A stretch of 64,000 nt of DNA from the human T2T-CHM13v2.0 reference genome, Homo sapiens: NCBI RefSeq assembly GCF_009914755.1, contig NC_060934.1, one strand, 5' to 3'. This document shows, one piece after another, positions 1 through 16,079 of the stretch. The notes under the pieces are model-generated. The model ran no database searches. It had not been told where the DNA came from and was given only the letters and a program-made list of their open reading frames with translations. The position numbers and the translations under genes are program-made. The first letter of the stretch is position 1; each line of letters opens with the position of its first letter.

Positions 1-2520
<2,520 letters not shown>

Positions 2521-2589
2521 CATGCTTTTTGTTACTTGTGTACTTTGGATTTTTGGTTTTGCTTTTGTTATTTACTTGTGTTTTTGTTT

Positions 2590-3630
2590 TATAGGTCCTG
2601 TGTGATTTATGGTTTAAAGAGGTTCTGTTTTGATATGTTTCCAGCATTTGTTTCAAGACTTAGAGCTCCTTTTAGCCATTCTTATAGTGGTGGCTAGGTA
2701 ATGGCAAATTCTCTCAGCATTTGTTTTTCTGAAAATGACTGTATCTTTCCTTCATGTATGATGCTTAGTTTCGCTGGATACAAAATTCTTGGCTGATAAT
2801 TGTTTTGTTCAAGAAGGCTGAAGATAGGGCCCCAATCCTTTCTAGCTTGTAGGGTTTCTGCTGAAAAATCTGCTGCTAATCTGATAGGTTTTCCTTTATA
2901 GGTTATCTGGTGCTTCTGTCTCACAGCTCTTAAGAGTCTTTCTTTCATCTTAACTTTGTATAGCCTGATGACAATGTGCCTAGGCAATGATCTTTTTACG
3001 ATGAATTTCTCAGGTGTTCTTTGTGCTTCTTGTATTTAGATGTCTAGGTCTCTAGCAACACAGGGGAAGTTTTCCTCAATTATTCCCCCAAATATGTTTT
3101 CCGAATTTTTGGAATTCTCTTCTTCCTCAGGAACACTGATTATTCTTAGGTTTGGTCGTTTAACATAATCCCAGACTTCTTGGAGGCTGTGTTCATATTT
3201 TTTTATTCTATTTTCTTTGTCTTTGATGGATTGGGTTAATTCAAAGACCTTGTCTTTCAGCTCTGAATTTCTTTATTCTACTTGTTCAATTCTATTGATG
3301 AGACTTTACAGAGCATTCTGCATTTCCGAAAGTGTGTCTAAAGTTTCCTGAATTTTTTATTTTTTTTTTCTTTAAGCTATCTATTTTCTTGAATATTTCT
3401 CCCTTCACTTCTTGTATCTTGTTTTGGATATCCTTGCATTGGGCTTTGCCTTTCTCTGGTGCCTCCCTGATTCATTTAATAACTAACCTCCTGAATTCTT
3501 TTTCAAGTAAATCAAGGATTTCTTCTTGGTTTGGATCCATGGCTGGTGAACTATTGTGATTTTTTGAGGGGATGTTGAAGAGCCTTGTTTTGTCATATTA
3601 CCAGGGTTGCTTTTCTGGGTCTTTTTCGTC
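2590..3630 (-). pseudogene. Disrupted L1 ORF1
   Basis: MDPNQEEILDLLEKEFRRLVIK* from 3540; C-terminal part is ORF 2694..2987. Confidence 0.88.
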
Positions 3631-5024
3631 TGGGTAGGCTCTGTCAGGGGGAGGGTCTAGGGCTGAAGGCTATTGACCAGATTCTTTTGTCCCAAGGAAT
3701 GTTCCTTTGATGTAGTTATTCTCCCCCTTTTCCTATGGTTGTGGCTTCCTGTGAGCCAAACTGCACTGACTGTTGTCTCCCTTCTGGGTCTAGCCACCCA
3801 GCGAGTCTACCCGGCTACAGGCTGGTACTGCAGGTTGTCTGTACAGAGTCCTGTGATGTGAACTGCCTATGGTTCTCTCAGCCGTGGATACCAGCACCTC
3901 TTCCAGTGGAGGTGCTGGGTCGGGGGGTGCTATGGACTCCATGAGGGTTCTTAGCTTTGGTCATTTAATGCTTTATTTTTGTGCTGGTTGGCCTCCTGCT
4001 GGGAGGTGGCCATTTCCAGAGAGCATCAGGTATAGTAGTATGGAGAGGGACTGACAGTGGTGGGGCTCTAGAACTCCCAAGGTTATATGCCCTTTGTCTT
4101 CCACTACTAGGGTGAGTAGGGAAGGACCATCAGGTGGGGGCAGGGCTAGGCATGTCTGAGCTCATACTCTCCTTGGGCGGGTCTTGCTGCAGCTGCTGTG
4201 GGGGGTGGGGGTAAGATTCCCAGGTCACTGGAGTTGTGTACCTAGGAGGATTACGGCTGCCTCTGTTGAGTCATGCAGGTTGTCAGGGAAGTGAGGGAAA
4301 GCTGGCAGTCACAGACCTCACCCAGCTGCCACATAAACTGAAGGGCTGGTCTCACTCCCATGGTACCCCTGCAACAGCCCCAAGTCTGTTTCCAGGTGAA
4401 GGGCGAGATGGGCTTGAAAACTTGCCCCAGGCTACCTGCCTTTCAGCTATGAAAGAAAAGGGCTTGGTTATTCCCCCTCCTGTGGAGTCTGCACACAGGA
4501 TTTGCACCCTCTCCCCATTTCTGGCCAGGAGGCTTCTCACCCTGTTCAAATTTTTACAAAGTTCCGTTAGTGATTTCCTCCTCCCTGTGGAGTTTTACCC
4601 CCTGCTCCTCTGGCCACCCTCCCAATGGATCTCTGTGGTGCCAGGAAGGAATAGGCTGCTAGGGGACCCAGTGAGCTCCCAGGGCCTTTCTGCTGCTTTC
4701 TCTACCCCTGTATTTCTCTTGGTTCTCTAAATTGACTCATCTCCAGGTAAAGTCAGAAATTTCTCCTGCAAACAGACCTTCAGGTTCTCCAGTGGGGGTG
4801 CGTGTTTGAGAGAGGAGGGTCTCCCTTTCCCACTTCTTCAGTTAGGACACTCACAGTATTTGCAGTGTCTCCCACGTTTTGCAGGAGCAGTCTGCTTCCT
4901 TCAGAGGGTCTCTGGGTCCTCTTGGGATTGCTGGTTTGTTCTTGCAGTTGATTTCACTTCTTACTTCTGGGTTTCAGTTATATTATTATATATAAGCTAT
5001 ATGCACAAGGAGATTATATTTTTT

Positions 5025-5250
5025 GGCAGTGATGCTTAAAAACTTGGATTCCAGACCCAGACTGACAATCACTAGCTGCATGACCATGTTCAAGTTATTT
5101 AGCCTCTTTCATCTTCAATGTTTTCATATGATCTATGGTGCAATAATAGCACTCAAGTCAGAAGGCTTTTATTGGGATTAAATGTGTTATATGTGTAAAG
5201 ATCTTCAAATAGCTTGAGACATGGTAAGTACCATGGAAGTGTTTGCTATG
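5025..5250 (+). mobile_element. MIR SINE (old, diverged)
   Basis: Core-like CACTAGCTGCATGACC..CAAGTTATTTAGCCTC and GGATTAAATGTGTTATATGTGTAAAG. Confidence 0.7.
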
Positions 5251-6363
5251 TCATTTTTGTGTTGGTACATATTTGAGTAACATTGTAATGAAAACAATTA
5301 AAAGCAACATGGGAGAAAGCATAAAAATTATTTTCCTTAAGAGGGTTCATACTCTAGTGACTTTGAAAAACTGTTTGAGAGCGTGCTAATGTCATATAGC
5401 TCAGATGCTTACTATTTACACATCAGTAATTATTGTAGGGGCAGGGAAGGCACTATAAAATTTGTCTGTAACCAAAAATTAAATATTTTTTTCTAACTTG
5501 CAGGCCAATCACATTTTATTTTAATTTTAAAATTAAAAACCCAAATATGATGTATATAGTAAATACCATCAAGATACCTATTAATGAGAACTATTATTTT
5601 CTAATTTCTTGAGTGGAAGTTATTGTAGTAGATATATTCTGCTTTTTGTCCTGCATTTGTACATTTGGGCAACTTCTCTTCTCTCTGTATTGCACTATTG
5701 GGAATATAGGTCATAGATTGCCAAAGTGTCCTGTTCTCCTGGCCACAATCATTGATTCAGGAATAGGAAGGTATCCAAGAACAGCTAACCAGTTTCCACA
5801 TGGAATTGGACATATGGACACTGTTTTTTTTTTTTTTAGATGTTTCCCTCTTCCCCTCAGACACATAGCAATAAGAGCCAAATTAACAACACAGAGTCTG
5901 TCTGAGAATTAAGTTAAATAATCCCAACGTGAACTAGAAAAAGAAAGAAAATCTCTGTAAATGTTATTTAATTATAGAACAATTGACACAATACATAAAA
6001 ATATGGTTGTGTTCTATGTGAAATTTGTCTTTATTCTAGAATAGTGATTTTAAACATGAGAGATTCTTACCTAATAATATCAATTGATCAAATTTGTGAT
6101 ACTAAAACATAAATCAGTATTCATCCTTCCAACACTGGTTCTATTTACATGAAATTGTATCATTTTAGAGGGGAACAAATGTGATTTGCCGTTTTTTAAA
6201 TGAATCTTCTGTAGGTCACATTATATTTGGGAGTAGTTTCTAATTATTATTCAAAAAAAGAAAGAAAGGAAAAAGGGAAAATTTCTGTTCCTATCTGACA
6301 CTTGGCATATTAGTCAAGATCAAATACAGAATACAATACCCTAAATGAAAATAATATGTGCTA

Positions 6364-6805
6364 TATACACCATGGAGTACTATGAATCCATAAAAAAGAA
6401 TAACGTCGTGTACTTTGCAGCAACATGGATGCAACTGGAGGCTGCTATCCTAAGTGAATTAAGGCAGGAACAGAAAACCAAATATCACATGTTGTCACTT
6501 AAAAGTGAGAGCTAAATAATAGGTTTCACACAGCTAAAGAATGGGGACCCTATAGCTCATATGCCATATATAAAGATGGCAACAGTAGACACTGGGGACC
6601 ACTAGAGTGAAGGGGGTGGAGGAAGAGAGGGGAACAAGGAATGAAAAACTAATTATTGGGCACCATACTCACTACCTGGGTGAAGGGATCAATCATACAT
6701 CAATTTTACTCTAAGTAAAATTGCATTATGCAATATACCCAGGTAACAAACCTGCATATGTACCCTCTGAATCCAAAATAAAAGCTGAAATTATAAAAAA
6801 CAAAA
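6364..6805 (+). mobile_element. 5'-truncated L1 3' end (L1PB4-like) with 17-bp TSD
   Basis: CAACATGGATGCAACTGGAGG..AACAAACCTGCATATGTACCC..AATAAA + A-tail; TSD GAAAATA(A/G)TATGTGCTA at 6347-6363 and 6806-6822. Confidence 0.9.
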
Positions 6806-7058
6806 GAAAATAGTATGTGCTAAATATTTATATGGTGTTGGTTAGTCATCATTTCTAAAAACCCAATGAGCCCTAATGCCAGTCTTCTCAAAAGCTCATA
6901 TATAGGATAGAGGAAAAATGGTGAAATATATAGTATTTATTTACAAAGAGAAGGCACTATAGATGTTCATTTACTTCACTGTAGTGAAGTATTATTACCA
7001 TCTTATTATATATGTGCATGTGTCATCATTTTGTATACCTTCAATATACACAATACAA

Positions 7059-7370
7059 TTTATTTATTTATTTTATTATTATTATTATTTTGAGATGGAG
7101 TCTTGCTCTGTCTCCCAGGCTGGAGCGCAGTGGTGCAATCTTGGCTCACTGCAACCTTTGCCTCCCAGGTTCAAGCAATTCTCTGCCTCAGCCTCCCAAG
7201 TAGCTGGGATTACAGGCACCTGCCACCACACCTGGCTAATTTTTGTATTTTCAGTAGAGATGGGGTTTCACCATCTTAGCCACCTTGGTCTTGAACTCCT
7301 GACCTTGTGATCCATCCTCTTCGGCCTCCCAAAGTGCTGGGATTACAGGTGTGAGCCACCGCACCCAGCC
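7059..7370 (-). mobile_element. AluS (AluSg7-like diagnostic indel)
   Basis: Full dimer in reverse with (TTA)n tail; AATTCTCTGCC and CACCATCTT variants. Confidence 0.95.
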
Positions 7371-7478
7371 ATAAAATTTATTTTCAAAAATGCTTTTACA
7401 GAAATTATCTCATTTGAACCTCAAACAAAACCTTCAAGAAGGTAACTGCATTATTTTTTAAGAAAAAAGTTTCACAGA

Positions 7479-7821
7479 GGCCAAGTGTGATAGCTCACAC
7501 CTATAATCCCAGCACTTTGGGAGGCTGAGGTGGCCGGATCACCTGAGATCAGGAGTCCAAGAGATCAGGAGTTCAAGACCAGCCTGGCCAACATGGTGAA
7601 ACCTGTCTCTACTAATGGTGAAACCGGTGTCTACTAAAAATGCAAAAACTTAGCAAGGCATAGTGATGGGCACCTATAATCCCAGCTACCTGGGAGGCTG
7701 AAGCATGAGAATTGCTTGAACCCAGGAGGCAGAGTTTGAACCGAGCTGAGATCGCACCACTGCACTGCACTCCATCCTGGGGGACAGAGTGACAGTCTGT
7801 CTCAAAAAAAAAAAAAAAAAA
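7479..7821 (+). mobile_element. AluS with internal tandem micro-duplications, inserted in a MIR
   Basis: Dimer with poly-A tail; degenerate TSD AAGAA(A/G)AAGTTTCA; MIR-like flanks at 7400-7470 and 7830-7935. Confidence 0.95.
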
Positions 7822-8954
7822 GAAGAAGTTTCAGAAAGATTAAGTAGCTTATCTATGGTTAAAAACAAAAAGCAAAAAACTGGTAACTCACAGAGGTAGA
7901 ATCTAGTCTCAGTTCAGCTGTTTCCAAATCTCTATGTGGTACATAACATATTTTCGAAGTTTGCATCTCATGTGACAATGTGGGAGGCATAATCAAAACA
8001 TGGAAACATGAAACAACTAGAGAAGTAATCACATAATTAACTATTATAACAGCAAAAAAAATTAAAATAGGATTAAATTGAAGGGGTGAATGAAGGTTAG
8101 TGTGATCAGTTAGTATGATGGCAGAAAAAGAAAAATATTCAATGTGTCCTAAAGGATACATAAAACAGGAACAGGTGTCGATAGAGTTCATGTAACAGTA
8201 AGGGACATTTCAGGAAGCTTGAGTTTGGTGGGAGGAGTGGAGCTTTGGAGATACAATGGGAGGTTGGAGAGGTGTGAAGAAAAAGGTGATGTCACTTTAT
8301 AAAGGAAACTGGAAAGTAAGGCAGAGCAATTTAGACTTGAAGGAATTTCATTTGCTTCTAAAAACTGAAGTATTGTAACATGCAATATGCCTTTCACAAA
8401 CAAAATAGTCACATATGCCTCTCAGAAAGAAAAGGTACCATGAAATAAGAGAAAGGGACATAGGACACTGTGCTGTATGTAAAAAAGAGGAGAGATTAAG
8501 TGTGATAAAATGTTCTACTTTTAAAGCAGGTAATTCCACCTTTCTGCCAACAATTATTATTTTAAAAGGAGGCAAATAGAAAAAAAATTATATGTTAGAT
8601 TACTAAAGAATATACTTCAAATCTATAAGAATTGAAGCAGTTAGAAAAACTAAATAGTTTACAAATGTGACAGCAAACGTTAAGTTTCCTGTGAGATTTA
8701 CAATGTCTTTGTATCTGCCCTAGAGATCACTGGGGCTTAATAGACCACCAAGTACAAATGAATCGTTTTAAAAGATTTTAACGTCTTTTGAAGTTCCTAC
8801 TTAGAAGTAGGATCTTTAATTGACTAATAATTGTGTTAAATCAAAATCATGGAAAATAAGAATGTTTATAATATTATTTTATTTTAATTTTTGGCAAGGT
8901 AGAAAGTTATTTAAAGAGACATCAAAAACAAGTTGATCTACTTTATTACTTTGT

Positions 8955-9370
8955 TAATCTATGTCCTCTGAGAAGCAGACATCTCATGGGATTAAAATCA
9001 GGAGGAAGCTGGAAAAGGCTAAGAGAACAGTCAGATCATGATGAAATTATTAACCTGAGTGAAGGAGAGAAGAAAGGATGATTGGGTACAAACCTCCTAG
9101 ACTGCTGTGCAGTTTGAGGAAAATGAAGTGAAGTTACTGAGGAGTCCCAAGGCACAGGTAGCCACCAGAGGCATCAAGTGTGTCCAGAAATTGGCCTGCC
9201 TTAATATCCCAGATACACCTAGTCATCGGCTAAGCACAGCCCATGGGAAATGTAGACATAGCCTCAGCATAGATGCAATCATGGGTTTCAGAGCATGACA
9301 GCTGGAGCTCTTGGCCAATTGCCCTCCTTGTGGTTGGAGATCTAAGAGGTGCATTCCTATGGGTGCCAGA
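8955..9370 (-). mobile_element. ERVL-class solo LTR (LTR16-like)
   Basis: GAAGCAGACA.., GAGTGAAGGAGAGA.., GGCCTGCCTTAATATCCC, GGAGATCTAAGAGGTGCATT resemble the recalled LTR16 consensus. Confidence 0.7.
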
Positions 9371-9679
9371 GTCACTTTGCTTAAGGCTGGACATGATCTC
9401 ATGCAACATTAAAAAGAGCTTTTGGCATTTTATTTTTGATGAACAATATATAACTGTGAGCTGTCTATTCTACTGGAATTTAATACTTCTATTACTTTGT
9501 AGTTCTTATATTGTGTCACAAATGGAAACTCCCCATACCATATTGTGAAGTGACATCCTGAAAGATAATGAGAGCCACAGCTATAGGCAGGCAATGCCAC
9601 CGTTTCTAGTAGGCCACTGAATTATCCGTCCACTCATCTAGTTAAGGTATCCATTTATTATTTTTTTTAAAAAAATACA

Positions 9680-10150
9680 CATAGTCTGGCCTTTGCCTAA
9701 CTTTTCAACCTCATCTTTTATATTTCACCTATGGCTTACTGTACACTATCGTTCAGTGGTTTTTTTCTGTTCATTGAGCAAGCCAAACTCATTATAACCT
9801 CAGAATAGTAATAGCTATACTCTCCTTTGCCCGGAATGTTCTTTTAGATTTTCACATGTTGGACTCTCACACTATTCAGACCTCAGTGCAAGTATTACTA
9901 CCTCAATGAAGCTTTGGTTGATCAGCTCATCTAAACTAGCACCTTGTCATCCAACAACAGCTATCCAATTACTGGTGCTTTTTTATATTATAGTACTTAC
10001 CAGTAACTGCAATAATATCATTTTGTTATTCTCCAGTCTTTGTAGATTTGTGTCCCTGGAAAATCATAGAACTAATGCTCTCTACCATATAATCAATATC
10101 TAGACTAGCAATTGGCAGCTAAAAGTCAATAAATATTTGTTGAATAATAA
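9680..10150 (+). mobile_element. L2 LINE 3' end
   Basis: GCCCGGAATGTTCTT..CAATAAATATTTGTTGAATAA terminal motif. Confidence 0.75.
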
Positions 10151-10356
10151 TTGACAAAAGAAGACTTCTATATTTCAGTTGCTATAATGGGTCTGAGAAT
10201 TCAAAGATATGATTTCTTCCCTCACTAGAGATTATAGTCCAAATAGAAAGTACAGTCTAATTGCTTAGAAATTACTTTTCCCTCACCTCCTAACAGTCAT
10301 CTATTCTTTCTTAAGTTGCTCCAGGCATTCCTTCTCATGTACCAATTAATTGTCTA

Positions 10357-11537
10357 TTTTTGTTGTTGTTGTTGTTACATAAATAAGTTCTTTAGTGGTG
10401 ATTTGTGAGATTTTGGTGCACCCATCACCTGAACAGTACAAATTGAAGCCAATCTGTAGTCTTTTATCCCTCACTCCCTTCCTTCCCTTTACCCCCAAGT
10501 CCCCAAAGTCTATTGTATCATTCTTATGCCTTTGCATCCTCAGAGCTTAGGTCCCACTTTTGAGTAAGAACATACAATTCTTGCTTTTCCATTCCTGAAT
10601 TACTTCACTTAGAATAATAGTCTCCAGTCCCATCCAGGTTGCTCTGAATGCCATTAATTCATTCCTTTTTATGGCTGAGTAGTATTCCATTGTATATAAT
10701 AGTTTCTTTATCCACTCGTTGGTTGATGGGCATTTGGGCTGGTTCCACATTTTTGCAATTATGAATATTGTAATGCTATAAACATGCGTGTGCAAGTATC
10801 TTTTTCATGTAATGGCTTCTTTTCCTCTGGGTAGATACCTACAGTGGGATTGCTGGGATCAAATTGTAGTTCTACTTTTAGTTCTTTAAGGAACCTCCAC
10901 ACTGTTTTCCATAGTGGTTGTACTGTTTACCTTCCCACCAGCAGTGTAGAAGTGTTCCCTTTTCACTGCATCCATGCCAAAATCTATTATTTTTTTATTT
11001 TTTGATAATGGCCATTCTTGCAGGAGTAAGATGGTATTGCATTATGGTTTTGATTTGCATTTCCCTGATCATTAGTGATGCTGTGCATTTTTTATATGTT
11101 TGTTGGCCATTTGTATATCTTCTTTTAAGAATTTTCTATTCATGTCCTTAGCCCACTTTTTGATGGGATTGTTTGGTTTTTTCTTGCTAATTTGTTTGAG
11201 TTCCATAGATTTTGGATATTAGTCCTTTGTCAGATGTATAGATGGTGAAGATTTTCTCCCACTCTGTGGGTTGTTTATTTACGCTGCTGACTATTTCTTT
11301 TTCTGTGCAAAAGCCCCTTAGTTTAGTTAAATCCCACTTATTTATCTTCGTTTTTGTTGCATTTGTATTTGGGTTCTTGGTCATGAAATCTTTGCCCAAG
11401 CCAATGTCTAGAAGGGTTTTTCTGATGTTATCTTCTACAATTTTTATAGTTTCAGTCTTAGATTTAAGTCCTTGATCCATCCTGAGTTGATTTTTGTATA
11501 AGGTGAGAGATGAGAATCCAGTTGCATTCTCCTCCTC
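10357..11537 (-). mobile_element. 5'-truncated L1PB 3' end
   Basis: ORF2 C-terminal peptides (WNQPKCPS, EYYSAIKRNE, QPTEWEKIF); (TTG)n tail; ATTGTCT(A/T)TTTT on both sides as probable TSD. Confidence 0.92.
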
Positions 11538-11749
11538 ATTGTCTTTTTTTTTTTTTTTTTTTTTTTTTAGATGGTAGAATAGCTCTGAACAACAGAGACT
11601 TTGGAACAACAGAAATATGGCATTCAAGAAGGCAATTTCTCTAGAACTTTATTTCCACAAATTCATAAATAATAAAACACTAGATTGCATGCTTCTGAAA
11701 AATTTGAAGTTTTACATATCAAGATCTTTTAGAATTTTCTTGAATAAAA

Positions 11750-12130
11750 CATTACTACATTTGGTCAACAAATGTCTGCTGATACCAACCATGCACCAAG
11801 CAATGTTTTGAAAAAATGGAGATACAATGCAGATCCAAACAGATAAAATCCTTACAGACTTAGTGTTTACTTGGAAAGAGAGATATACACAATAGGCAAA
11901 GAAATGAATATCACAAACTGAGATAGGGCTTTGAAGAAAAAAGGCACCAAGTAGGGAAAACTGCATATAAAAGGCTTAGTCTAGTTATATAGATCAGAGA
12001 AGATGCTTCAGAGAAAGCAATGTTTACCCAAAAAAAAAAAAAAAGTTACTGGGTAAAAGTGAAGGGTATGTAGTTAGGAACATATGAAGGCAAGAGCCTT
12101 CTAGCAGATGAAACAGCAAGTGTGAAAAAA
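11750..12130 (-). mobile_element. L2 fragment
   Basis: TCAACAAATGTCTGCTGATACCAACCATGCACCAAGCAATGTT resembles a reverse L2 3' end. Confidence 0.6.
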
Positions 12131-12152
12131 CTGAAAGAAATATCTAACAAGG

Positions 12153-12440
<288 letters not shown>

Positions 12441-12593
12441 AAGAAATATCTCACAATGACCTGAAAGAAAATAAGGAACCATAATATGTGTAAGTCCTTG
12501 TAAAGTTTGTAAATTAGGCTAATCTTAATTTTAAAAAGCAAACAAAAAACTAACTATGCTAGCCTTTATTTAAAAAAAAAAATCCTAACTTTG

Positions 12594-12968
<375 letters not shown>

Positions 12969-14740
12969 TTAGGCTCATCCAGGTTTGGACTAGCCAAGTA
13001 TGGAAGAAATCGAGCAGTACTGGTTCTAATGATGGAATTAGCTGAAACTTGGAGCCATGATTTTGCAGGTGGTGTGATGAAGAATGGCAGACCCTGGATT
13101 TATTGAAAATTTAATTACATACTTAGTACAATTAAACCATGAAATCATGAGGGAACAAAAAAAATTAAAAAAAATCATCAATGCTGCTGGGCAGCTGGAA
13201 ACATTTTCATATTACAGACTTAACTTCTATTATCAGTGTCAATATCTATATCATCCTCTAATATCTCATATGAATTTCGCTAATGGAATTAGGAACAAAA
13301 TCAGGTGGCAAAGAGCAAGTATGCTCACTTATTGATAAAATACACTGGCGTTGTTTGATCTCTTCTTCACAGTACTTTGCTTGTCCTTTGTTGCCCTGAA
13401 TTACATGTATCCCTTATGAGATGAAAAGCTAATTTATATGATTGATGTTATATGCTTCCTGAAAGTTTAAGTATATGACCAAATGAGAGAGCAGCAAGAA
13501 ACTCACTATTTTTTAAACCATAATTGTGAAAGATATGATTAAAAATATAGAGTTTCTATATTTGATAGAAAACACAAATTTATGTAATGATCTTTTCATT
13601 AGTTTAGCAAAGCCTTTGTTTTCCTGCAGTAAATGTATAATTACAAAACTTAATTTAGTATTTGGCTCAATTAACTCTCTGCCTGTAAGTTATAGAACTT
13701 TTGTAACCTGAATAATTGAATATGTTTTACATTATCCTATGTAATTGTTTGTTTTTAATTTTAGACTTAACATTCTTGTTTATTTTATCTATATTATTTT
13801 ATGTATGTGTGTATATATATTTATTTTTCTTGTTTATTTCAGACATTTTGTTATGATTTTTTGATTTTGATGACCATTATTTGCGAGAAAATTTCCAGGT
13901 AATTTTTCATTCATTGCATCTATGATAAATTGATGGTATTTCTTTAGGAAAGAAATACCTGTTTTATCAAGCAATCACCTTCAGAAGAATTCATATACAG
14001 TGAAGAAGAAAATGGTCCTTAACCCATTAGTTGAATGAACCCTGGAGCCTGTGTTGCAGCTAGCTTGTCCTCACATTCATATCTAAACCCTGAGCTACAA
14101 AAAATTTCATCATTTTAATTAGATGACTTGTTCAAAACAAACACATCTACGAGCAAACAACAACAATAAAAACAACTTGGCATCTAATTTGAACAAGGCA
14201 TTATAATAGCTGTCTTGGGTGATGCCGAGATAGATACAACAAATTTACAGCCCTCAAATAATGCACAATTAAGAAGACAGTAAAAGCATACACTGACCCA
14301 GTGGAGCCTGAGAGAGGGAGTTTAAAGGGGAATATACAAAGGACTATGGAAATTCAGAGGTGGTTGTGAGAGAGTTGAGGAGAAGCAAAGGGAATTTTAT
14401 GAAAAAGCACATCTTTTCATGTACATCCTAATCTATTAGAAGGGTTTCACTAAGTGAATAAGAATAATACATTTGAACATTTACCATGATAAGTGAGTTG
14501 TGGAACCTTAAAAAACATCTATGTTTGCATTCAGGCAAAAGAAGGGGTAGAAAAAGAAAAGGTAGAGTATGAGATATTTTGAGAAAACCCAGCAAACAAC
14601 ACAGATATAAAAGCCAATTGACAAGAAAGTTCAATGGAGGAGGAGATGTCTAGCAATATCGAATGTTCTAGGTGATCAACAAGGATTTAAATGGAAGATT
14701 TAGTATTTAATGTGGTAACAAAGAATATTGAGTTTTTCAG

Positions 14741-14997
14741 TTTGGGAGGTAGAGTTAGGAGGATTGCTTGAACCCAGGAGTTTGAGACCAGCCTGGGCAA
14801 GATAATGAGACTCCATCTCTACATTAAAAAAAAATTAGCCAGGCATGGTGGTATGCATTTCTATTTTCAGCCACTCAGAAAGCTGAGACAGGAGGATCAC
14901 TTGAGCCTGGGAGGTAGAGGGTGCAGTGAGCCATCATCATGTCACTGTACTCCAGTATGGGCAACAGACAGAGACCCTATCTCAAAAAAAATCAAAA
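14741..14997 (+). mobile_element. AluJ (5' truncated)
   Basis: GGAGGATTGCTTGAACCCAGGAG and GGAGGATCACTTGAGCCTGGGAGG J-type arms. Confidence 0.88.
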
Positions 14998-15119
14998 AAG
15001 ACTGTTGCAGTACATTGAGAGAGCAAATGTGGTAATGGGAGGGCTAAGGAACACAGAGAATTTAGGTACATATTTTTTATTTTAATATTTAAATAACCAT
15101 ATTCATATTCATAGCTACA

Positions 15120-15530
15120 ACTTATTTGTGCATTCAACATCTATTGAGCACCTACTATGTTCCAGGTACTCTTATAAGCATACAACAAGAAGCAGAAACT
15201 GAGGTACAAAGATTTTAAGTAACTTGCTCAGCTGGTAAGCTGAAGATGCCAAGATTAGGAGCCAGGCAGTCTCACTTCAAAATCCGTGTCCCTAGTCTCA
15301 AAAAAATAGCCTCTTTCTCTGTTCTAGGCACTCTGATGCTTTCAATACATTACTTCATTTAGTACCCACTACAGTCCTGTGACATATTGCTATGCTGATC
15401 ATTGTTTAGGTAAAGAAACTGAGGCATAGCAAAGTTAAGTAACTTTCCCAAGCTCACACAGCTAGAAAAAGGCGGATTGGAATTTTAGTCTAAGGAAGCC
15501 TGATCCCAAGGCCCAGGCTCTTATTTAGTA
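15120..15530 (-). mobile_element. Two MIR fragments
   Basis: GAAACTGAGG(T/C)A..AAGTAACTT core occurs twice; TATTGAGCACCTACTATGTTCCAGG. Confidence 0.75.
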
Positions 15531-15832
15531 TAATACTATGCAAATATTTTATTTAGAGACATTTTGGAAAAAGTTTGGAAAATGGTAAAATATAACAAAG
15601 AAAATAACTCTACCTAGCAATAACTACTACCAAATTTTTAATATATTTCTTTACAATATTATTGTGCATTTTTACATAACTGAAAATTTTAAATATATAC
15701 AATTATATATGATTATTATCAAGATTTAAATTATGTGCAAAACACTGACGCTGCATCTAGTACATAGTAGGCATTCAAAGAAGGTATGTACAATTATATT
15801 TCTACTTTTATCATTTTAATTAAATTAACATA

Positions 15833-16079
15833 CAGTTGACCCTTGAACAACATGGGTTTGAACTATGTGGGTCCACTTATATGTCAACTTTTTTTCAACC
15901 AAACAGGGATCGAAAATAGAGTATTTGCAGGATGTGAAACCTGATAGGATTCGATAGGGAGGGCTAATTTTTTGAATATACAGGTTCTGCAGAGCCAACT
16001 GTGGGACTTGAGTGTGCATAGATTTTGGTAAACATGGGGGTCCTGGAACCAATCCCCCATGTATACTGAGGGACAAATG
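15833..16079. mobile_element. TcMar-Tigger non-autonomous DNA transposon (MER8-like)
   Basis: Ends CAGTTGACCCTTG...GAGGGACAAATG flanked by TA; GGGGTCCTGGAACCAATCCCCC. Confidence 0.85.

Noticed and set aside
4236-4730. 164-aa ORF antisense in the L1 5'UTR (ORF0-like?)
   Set aside because: ORF0 belongs to the younger L1PA 5'UTR; this is a different older UTR with a non-ATG start, likely a chance ORF
13084-13335. 83-aa single-exon ORF MADPGFIEN.. as a gene
   Set aside because: No promoter or homology support; only the 3' part is kept, as a candidate exon
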